Both the position numbers and the translations under genes were made by a program. This document shows positions 40,919 to 47,009 of a stretch of DNA of 47,009 nt, piece by piece (position 1 is the stretch's first letter; every line of letters begins with the position of its first letter). The DNA is from Snowella sp. Lineage in GTDB: Bacteria; Cyanobacteriota; Cyanobacteriia; Cyanobacteriales; Microcystaceae. Location: contig JAYKGY010000097.1 of the NCBI GenBank assembly GCA_035285545.1, positions 1 to 47,009 of the forward strand, read 5' to 3'. Under the pieces are notes generated by a model, which searched no databases, was not told the DNA's origin, and was given only the letters and a program-made list of their open reading frames with translations.

Positions 40919-41950
40919 ATGGCTCAAACGACCGTCAAAGATATCGGAGAACAGGGACTATTAGCGAGATTACAAGGCTTTTGTCCCTCTGATGTCATTG
41001 GGGATGATGGGGCAGTTTTAGACGTTGCCGAGGGTCATAAATTAGTGGTGACGACCGATGTGTTAGTGGACGGCGTGCATTTTAGTGAGCAAACTACCCG
41101 TCCAGAAGATGTGGGTTGGCGGGCAGTGGCGGCCAATCTCTCCGATTTAGCGGCAATGGGTGCAACACCGTTGGGAATCACCATTGGGCTGAGTTTACCC
41201 AGTGATACGCCGGTGGAATGGGTTGAAAGATTATATGAAGGCAGCGATCGCTGTTTAAAAAACTATCAAACCCCAATCTTAGGGGGCGATATTTGTCGAT
41301 CTTCGGTAATCACGGTTTCCATTACGGCATTAGGGCAAGTCAAGCCGGATCGCATTATTAGCCGCTTTACGGCCCAGCCCGATGATGCCATTGTGGTGAC
41401 AGGGGTTCATGGGGCATCGAGAGCAGGCTTAGAATTATTACTCCATCCTGAACTAGGCGAAAACTTATCGCAGCCCGAACGCGATCGCCTGATTTCGGCC
41501 CATCAACGACCCCGACCCCGTTTAGATGTGTTACCGCACCTTTGGGCTATTGGCGATTCATTAACCGAAAAGGGAGAACAACGGCGAAAGGAATGGATTG
41601 CTGGAATGGACAGTAGCGACGGATTAGCCGATGCCCTCATTCAAATTTGTCGTTGTAGCCAGGTCGGGGCAGAAATTGACCAATCGGCCCTTTTGATTCC
41701 CAGGGGATTGACTGAGTGGCTGGGGTCTGAGCAAGCGTTAAATTGGGTATTGTATGGTGGAGAGGATTTTGAATTAGTTCTTTGTTTACCCGTTGACTCT
41801 GCTCAAGCCTTAATTCGACGCTTAGGAGAAAATGCGGCTATTATTGGCAAAATAAAAGCAGAAAAAAGCGTTATCATCAGAAATATCCAACAATCTTCAT
41901 CATTTCAAGAACTCTCGCTTAATCAAGGATTTCAGCATTTTGCGCCATAG
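40919..41950 (+). CDS. thiL: Thiamine-monophosphate kinase
   Basis: IGDDGAV, TDVLVDGVHF, NLSDLAAMG, MDSSDGL, GGEDFEL. Confidence 0.96.
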   Translation: MAQTTVKDIGEQGLLARLQGFCPSDVIGDDGAVLDVAEGHKLVVTTDVLVDGVHFSEQTTRPEDVGWRAVAANLSDLAAMGATPLGITIGLSLPSDTPVEWVERLYEGSDRCLKNYQTPILGGDICRSSVITVSITALGQVKPDRIISRFTAQPDDAIVVTGVHGASRAGLELLLHPELGENLSQPERDRLISAHQRPRPRLDVLPHLWAIGDSLTEKGEQRRKEWIAGMDSSDGLADALIQICRCSQVGAEIDQSALLIPRGLTEWLGSEQALNWVLYGGEDFELVLCLPVDSAQALIRRLGENAAIIGKIKAEKSVIIRNIQQSSSFQELSLNQGFQHFAP

Positions 41951-42235
41951 CCTTAAAAAAATTTAAAGCTATTTTAAAGGTAGTAGAATTAATAGGGGAG
42001 GGATCAAAGAAAAAAATTACCTTTCGTTATTGATCACAATCAATAAATTTAGGGCAGCATAGCAATTAAAGTGGTAGTCAAGTAAGGTTTTTAGTGGATT
42101 TTCTACTTTTATTGATCTAGCTTTATGTTGCTTAAAGTTTAATGTGTTTAGACTGTTTTTTGATAAAAATCAATAGGGACTTTTAGTTGTTTTAGTTAAA
42201 TTTTAAAAATAAGCATGGTTAAATAGGAAGAATCT

Positions 42236-42940
42236 ATGAGTTTATTAATCGAACTACTGCCTAAAGTCGCTGCAAACTTAGAGATTCATCCCGAAGCCAA
42301 AAGAATCAAAAAATTTATTTATTGTTTGTGTAAAAATAAATGGGAAAATAATCTAGATACCATTAATCAATATTCTCTAGAGTATCTTTTAAAAAAATTA
42401 GTTAAAGCCCAACCAACCCTTAATCGATTATCTTTGGCCATGTACGAGTTGGTTAAGCGTTTAAATCATCCACAAACCTATGCAACCATTGCCAAAATTA
42501 TTTTAGAGAAAATTGCACCCGTTTATCAAGCGGATCGAGATGATATTAAGGATTCCCCAGTCCAGCTTATTTATGAAAAGGAAAATGCTAAGAGAATCCT
42601 CCAAAGAGAAAATGCGAAAAAAATTTTTGGAAAAGAACATAATCTAGAAGGTTTTGACCTTCCAGTTTTTTATACTAATGTAATGGAAGAGTTAGTCAGT
42701 AATGCCATTATTAAAGAATTAAAAAATATTCCACCTGATGCAGCGAAAAAATTAAATATTGCAGAAATTGCGGCCTATGCATTAAATCATTTACCCCCCC
42801 TTTATGTCGCGACCGAAGAAGAAAAGATAGAGCAGCTTAGCAAAGCCCTATCCATGAAAGAGCGAATTTATTTTGTTGTTCTAGAAAGTATTAAAGTTGT
42901 GCGGGATAATCCTTTGAAAAACCATAGTCCTTTAAAATAA
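42236..42940 (+). CDS. Protein with C-terminal ComFB (late competence development / CdgR-like) domain
   Basis: NVMEELV..IAAYALNHLPPLYVATEE..VVRDNPL; N-terminal RIKKFIYCLCKNKWEN helical domain. Confidence 0.8.
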   Translation: MSLLIELLPKVAANLEIHPEAKRIKKFIYCLCKNKWENNLDTINQYSLEYLLKKLVKAQPTLNRLSLAMYELVKRLNHPQTYATIAKIILEKIAPVYQADRDDIKDSPVQLIYEKENAKRILQRENAKKIFGKEHNLEGFDLPVFYTNVMEELVSNAIIKELKNIPPDAAKKLNIAEIAAYALNHLPPLYVATEEEKIEQLSKALSMKERIYFVVLESIKVVRDNPLKNHSPLK

Positions 42941-43218
42941 AAAAATGTTATTATTTTAAACAGTTCGTTATTTAAACCCCATTTAAGCCACACATAAATA
43001 ATAGAATTAAGTTAGGATTAAGTCTCGGATCACAAAGCTTTTAACACAATCCCTATGGAAATTAAGACAACAAAACTCAATTAATTCTCTAAGCATTACT
43101 TTTTTATAATTTATCATTCTTTACTTTTTTACCCAAAATAAACAGAAATTTCCTCTGATTCATCAGGTTGGTAACATGAAATTTTTATTTTTTCTAACTC
43201 CCCTTTATCCCTAATGTA

Positions 43219-45015
43219 TTGGAAAGAAGACCCAAAAAAACTATACTAGGGAATCTCCTAAATTTAAGTGAATTGACTATTTTGCAAAAAAGATCTCACT
43301 ATTGGCTGCTGATTCCCTATATTCGTCCCCATACGCGGACAATCTTGCTGGCTTTCTTGTGTACCTTGGTTTTTACGGTTTTTTGGCCGATTTTAGCCTG
43401 GTTAGTCGGGCGAATGGCCAAATATATTGGTGCAGGGGATGTCAAAGCGATCGCCACCTTAGCGGGAGTGGCAGCCGGAATTTTCTTGGTGAGAGGAGCC
43501 GCCCAGTACGGTCAGGATTCTTTGATGGCCAAAGCGGCGTTAACCATTGCGCTCGATCTACGGAAACAAGTTTATCGGCATTTACAAACCCTCAGTTTAA
43601 GTTACTTTGAAGCCGCAAAAACAGGGGATTTATCCTATCGTTTAACGGAAGATATTGACCGCATTGGGGAAGTTGTTAATAAGCTTTTTCATGACTTTAT
43701 TCCGTCAGTTTTGCAACTAATTGTCGTTTTTGGCTATATGTTTTATGTCAACTGGTCGTTGACGTTAGCCGTATTAATTGTTGCGCCCTTAATGGGGGTT
43801 TTAATTGGCTTTTTTGGGGAACAATTACTCAAGTTTAGTCGCCGTAGCCAAAATCGCATTTCTAATTTGTCCTCGCTGTTAACAGAAGGATTAAGCGCGA
43901 TTCGATTGGTTAAAGCCTTTGCCGCAGAAGATTATCAATTGGAACGCTTTATGGAAGAAGCCCAGCAACATCGGCGATCGCAGTTTTTAGCAGAACAGAT
44001 CAAAGCCTTGCAATTTGTTGTCGTTGGCTTTTTAGAAGCAATGGCGGTCGTCTTCCTCTTTTGGTTAGCTGCTTGGCAAATTTCCCTGGGGAATTTAACC
44101 GGAATCAGCTTTATTAGCTATATAACAGCAGTTGCCATGTTAATCGACCCGATTTCCCATATTACGAGTGATTACAACTTGTTTAAACAGGGAGAAGCTT
44201 CCGTTGACCGCATCTTTGAGATTTTAGCCGTTGAACCTGTTGTCCAAGATCGGGCTGATGCCATTACCTTGCCCAAGATTACAGGTGAAGTGAAATACGA
44301 CAATATTTTATTTGAATATTTACCCGGCAGACCCGTTCTTAAAAATATTAACTTTGCTGCCAAATCAGGAGAAATGATTGCGCTTGTAGGGACTTCTGGC
44401 GCAGGAAAAAGTACCTTAGTGAATCTATTAATGCGGCTTTATAATACCACTAAAGGAAAAATTTTAATTGATGGCTTTAATTTAGAAGAAGTTACCTTGA
44501 AAAGTTTACGAGAACAACTCGCGATCGTTCCCCAAGAAAACATCTTATTTTCTGGTACTATTGCCCAAAATATTGCCTTTGGAAAAACCGATTTAGACCT
44601 ACCTGCTATTGAAGAAGCCGCGAAGATTGCCAATGCCCATCAATTTATTACGGAATTATCCCAGGGTTACTATACCTATGTGGGAGAACGGGGGGTCAAT
44701 TTATCGGGAGGGCAGCGTCAACGGATCGCGATCGCGCGGGCTATTTTACGAAATCCTGCCATTCTCATTCTGGATGAAGCGACTTCGGCCCTAGATTCGG
44801 AGTCGGAAGCCCTCGTTCAAGAGGCATTAGACCGCATTACTCGCGAAAGAACCGTCTTTGTGATTGCCCACCGTTTGGCCACGGTACGTCGAGCCGATCG
44901 AATTTTTGTGATGGAACAGGGAGAAATCATTGAATCAGGAACCCACGAAGAATTAATTGCCCAAAATGGCCGTTATGCTAAGTTTCATGCTCAACAGTTT
45001 GCAACTCAGGTTTAA
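43219..45015 (+). CDS. MsbA-like ABC exporter (fused TMD-NBD)
   Basis: GTSGAGKST, LSGGQRQR, ILDEATSALD; probable start TTG at 43282. Confidence 0.93.
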   Translation: MERRPKKTILGNLLNLSELTILQKRSHYWLLIPYIRPHTRTILLAFLCTLVFTVFWPILAWLVGRMAKYIGAGDVKAIATLAGVAAGIFLVRGAAQYGQDSLMAKAALTIALDLRKQVYRHLQTLSLSYFEAAKTGDLSYRLTEDIDRIGEVVNKLFHDFIPSVLQLIVVFGYMFYVNWSLTLAVLIVAPLMGVLIGFFGEQLLKFSRRSQNRISNLSSLLTEGLSAIRLVKAFAAEDYQLERFMEEAQQHRRSQFLAEQIKALQFVVVGFLEAMAVVFLFWLAAWQISLGNLTGISFISYITAVAMLIDPISHITSDYNLFKQGEASVDRIFEILAVEPVVQDRADAITLPKITGEVKYDNILFEYLPGRPVLKNINFAAKSGEMIALVGTSGAGKSTLVNLLMRLYNTTKGKILIDGFNLEEVTLKSLREQLAIVPQENILFSGTIAQNIAFGKTDLDLPAIEEAAKIANAHQFITELSQGYYTYVGERGVNLSGGQRQRIAIARAILRNPAILILDEATSALDSESEALVQEALDRITRERTVFVIAHRLATVRRADRIFVMEQGEIIESGTHEELIAQNGRYAKFHAQQFATQV

Positions 45016-45090
45016 GACTCAATTTCAATACCCTAGAGTTTAGTTAAAATGGATTAATTAGCTTGCTATTAAAAAGATTTTAAAAAGCTC

Positions 45091-46233
45091 ATGTATTTAA
45101 AAAGATTACATTTAAAATGTTTTCGGAATTATTCAGATCAAAAAATTGAATTTGAGGCACAAAAAACGATTTTAGTTGGGGATAATGCCCAAGGGAAATC
45201 TAATATCCTCGAAGCCGTTGAACTGTTAGCCACTTTAAAAAGTCATCGTACTATCCGCGATCGCGACTTGATTTTAGACGGAGAACCCGCAGCCCAAATT
45301 TCAGCAACGTTAGAACGTCATCACAGCAGCACGGAACTTGCGATTTTGTTACGGGGGATCGGACGCAGAACCCTGAGTGTAAACCATGAAACAGTCCGCC
45401 GTCATGTGGATTTTTTAGGCATGATTAATGCGGTGCAATTCTCCTGTTTAGATTTAGAACTTGTGCGCGGTTCTCCTGATATTCGTCGGCATTGGCTAGA
45501 TACGTTATTAATTCAATTAGAGCCTATTTATTCTCATATTTTAAGTCAGTATCAACATATTCTGAAACAACGTAATGCGCTATTAAAAAATATTCGTAAA
45601 CAGCAGGAAGAAAATCCCACTATCAATCATTCCACCCAACAGTTAGACCAACTGCAACTCTGGGATCACCAATTAGCGGAAGTCGGTTCTCGCATTACCC
45701 GTCGTCGCGCTAGGGTTATTCAGCGTTTAATGCCCATTGCCCAACGTTGGCATGAGAAAATTAGTGGTCAAACGGAAAGGTTAGAAATTCAATATTTACC
45801 TAATGTTAGTTGGCAAATTGATTCTCCCCAGGCAGTTCAACAGGCTTTTTTCCAAAAAATCGAGCAACGTCGCATAGCGGAACAGCAATTGGGAACATCG
45901 GTCGTCGGCCCCCATCGTGATGATTTGGCGTTAACTATTAATCACACCCCTGCGAAGTCCTACGGTTCCCAGGGTCAGCAACGCACTTTGGTTTTAGCTT
46001 TAAAGTTAGCGGAACTAAGCCTCCTCGAAGAGATTATTGGTGAGCCACCGTTGTTGTTATTGGATGATGTATTAGCGGAATTAGACCTCCATCGACAAAA
46101 TCAGTTACTAGAAACCATTCAGGATCGTTTTCAAACCTTAATTACAACGACCCATTTAAATTCCTTTGATAGTCAGTGGCTTAAATCCTCTCAAATTTTA
46201 CAGGTGAAAGCAGGTAGTCTTATTCAAGGTTAG
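45091..46233 (+). CDS. recF: DNA replication/repair protein RecF
   Basis: FRNY, GDNAQGKSN, GPHRDD, GSQGQQR, LLLDDVLAELD. Confidence 0.97.
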   Translation: MYLKRLHLKCFRNYSDQKIEFEAQKTILVGDNAQGKSNILEAVELLATLKSHRTIRDRDLILDGEPAAQISATLERHHSSTELAILLRGIGRRTLSVNHETVRRHVDFLGMINAVQFSCLDLELVRGSPDIRRHWLDTLLIQLEPIYSHILSQYQHILKQRNALLKNIRKQQEENPTINHSTQQLDQLQLWDHQLAEVGSRITRRRARVIQRLMPIAQRWHEKISGQTERLEIQYLPNVSWQIDSPQAVQQAFFQKIEQRRIAEQQLGTSVVGPHRDDLALTINHTPAKSYGSQGQQRTLVLALKLAELSLLEEIIGEPPLLLLDDVLAELDLHRQNQLLETIQDRFQTLITTTHLNSFDSQWLKSSQILQVKAGSLIQG

Positions 46234-46239
46234 AATTAA

Positions 46240-46464
46240 GTGAATTTTAAAAGGATTGCTGTCTTAGGTAAGCTTTTTCAGTTAGGAAGAACCGAAGAAG
46301 CGATCGCCGCCTATGGTCAAGCCTTGCCAATTAAACCTGATGATGATGAAACTTGGAATAACCGAGGATAGACTCTTCTCAAAATGGGTAACAATGAAGA
46401 AGGTTTAGAGACTATAAATAAATTTCTTCAAGATGATAGCAAGTTTAGATGGGGATTAAGGTAA
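46240..46464 (+). pseudogene. TPR-protein remnant
   Basis: LFQLGRTEEAIAAYGQALPIKPDDDETWNNRG*TLLKMGNNEEGL; in-frame TAG at 46369. Confidence 0.75.
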
Positions 46465-46534
46465 CGCAACGCAGTTTAGAGGATGACAAAAAACGATAGA
46501 ATTATTGCCGATACTTCATAGAGCTTTAAATGCA

Positions 46535-46831
46535 ATGGCTGATAGTAATTTAGAAAAAACAACGGGTGCGGATGCTATCGATGTGGCGATCGCGTCTGGG
46601 ATCGATTTTGATGGTTCCCCCATTCCCCCCGAAAAACTGGAACTGTATCACAGTGTTATGGGACTAGAAGCAGGCAGACAACGAAGTGGGGTTAGCAATA
46701 CCATGCGATCACGGATTGTGCGGATTGGGGCTAAACACATTCCTCAAGAAGAACTCAATCAAAAATTAGTCCATGCCGGATTTGCGCCCTTAAAGGAAAA
46801 AGAAATTGCATTTTTCTATAGCGGTAAATAA
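46535..46831 (+). CDS. DUF4090 family protein
   Basis: GADAIDVAIASGIDFDGSPIP..LEAGRQRSGVSNTMRSRIVRIGAKH..LKEKEIAFFY; ATG 46535. Confidence 0.88.
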   Translation: MADSNLEKTTGADAIDVAIASGIDFDGSPIPPEKLELYHSVMGLEAGRQRSGVSNTMRSRIVRIGAKHIPQEELNQKLVHAGFAPLKEKEIAFFYSGK

Positions 46832-46838
46832 AAAGTTG

Positions 46839-46864
46839 GGTAGGATGGGTATCCTGCCCGTTAC
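46839..46864 (+). repeat. REP-like palindromic element
   Basis: GGGTAGGAT-GGGT-ATCCTGCCC hairpin; alternatively GTAG plus GATGGGTA-TCC-TGCCCGTT, resembling cyanobacterial GGGCATCTTGCCCG REPs. Confidence 0.5.
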
Positions 46865-47009
46865 CATTTAAAAAAATTCCCGATAAGAGCCTATCCGAAA
46901 AGTCAATAGGAACGAAATTGGTACATTTTAGCGAACGCTAACTTCACTAGCTAGGTGGACGGTTATTTCCCTAGCAAATGCTCGGATAACTATCTCTCAA
47001 ATGAGTCCT

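Larger units (their letters stand above)
1..47009. repeat. HIP1 octamer GCGATCGC dispersed throughout
   Basis: Dozens of copies (e.g. 1224, 4094, 4241, 25441, 38297), often extended to CGCGATCGCG. Confidence 0.97.

Noticed and set aside
2539..44794. Many 60-120 aa antisense or out-of-frame ORFs in the track (e.g. 6419-6766, 16335-16652, 36201-36563, 37464-37796, 43302-43610)
   Set aside because: Shadows of well-supported genes with no motifs or RBS.

Overview
This is a 47-kb chromosomal segment of a HIP1-rich (GCGATCGC) cyanobacterium; gene content suggests a unicellular Synechocystis/Chroococcales-like lineage (inference). Most of it is core genes: dnaK3-dnaJ, an aminotransferase, divergent nblS(hik33)/sasA, sbcC, a CBS-PAS-GGDEF-EAL protein, ylqF, split-intein dnaE-c, a Ca/Na antiporter, rsmB, dps, a Prx-Grx hybrid, fasciclin, NTRC, thiL, an MsbA-like ABC exporter and recF. 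Small accessory patches are interspersed: a split type ISP-like/IIG restriction-modification gene with a MazF module at the left end, an AAA_35 ATPase with a RelE module, xisH/xisI, and IS3, Uma2 and TPR remnants. The most notable items missing from the ORF track are: (i) a fully equipped 50-aa secreted two-Cys micropeptide gene (19106-19258); (ii) matching PerR/FurC-type operators at the prx-grx(-dps) and NTRC promoters; (iii) intragenic duplications with boundaries at HIP1 sites; (iv) a 13-codon relic gene sitting in the split of the R-M gene. No rRNA, tRNA or CRISPR array was seen. All calls come from reading the sequence by eye; no searches were run.
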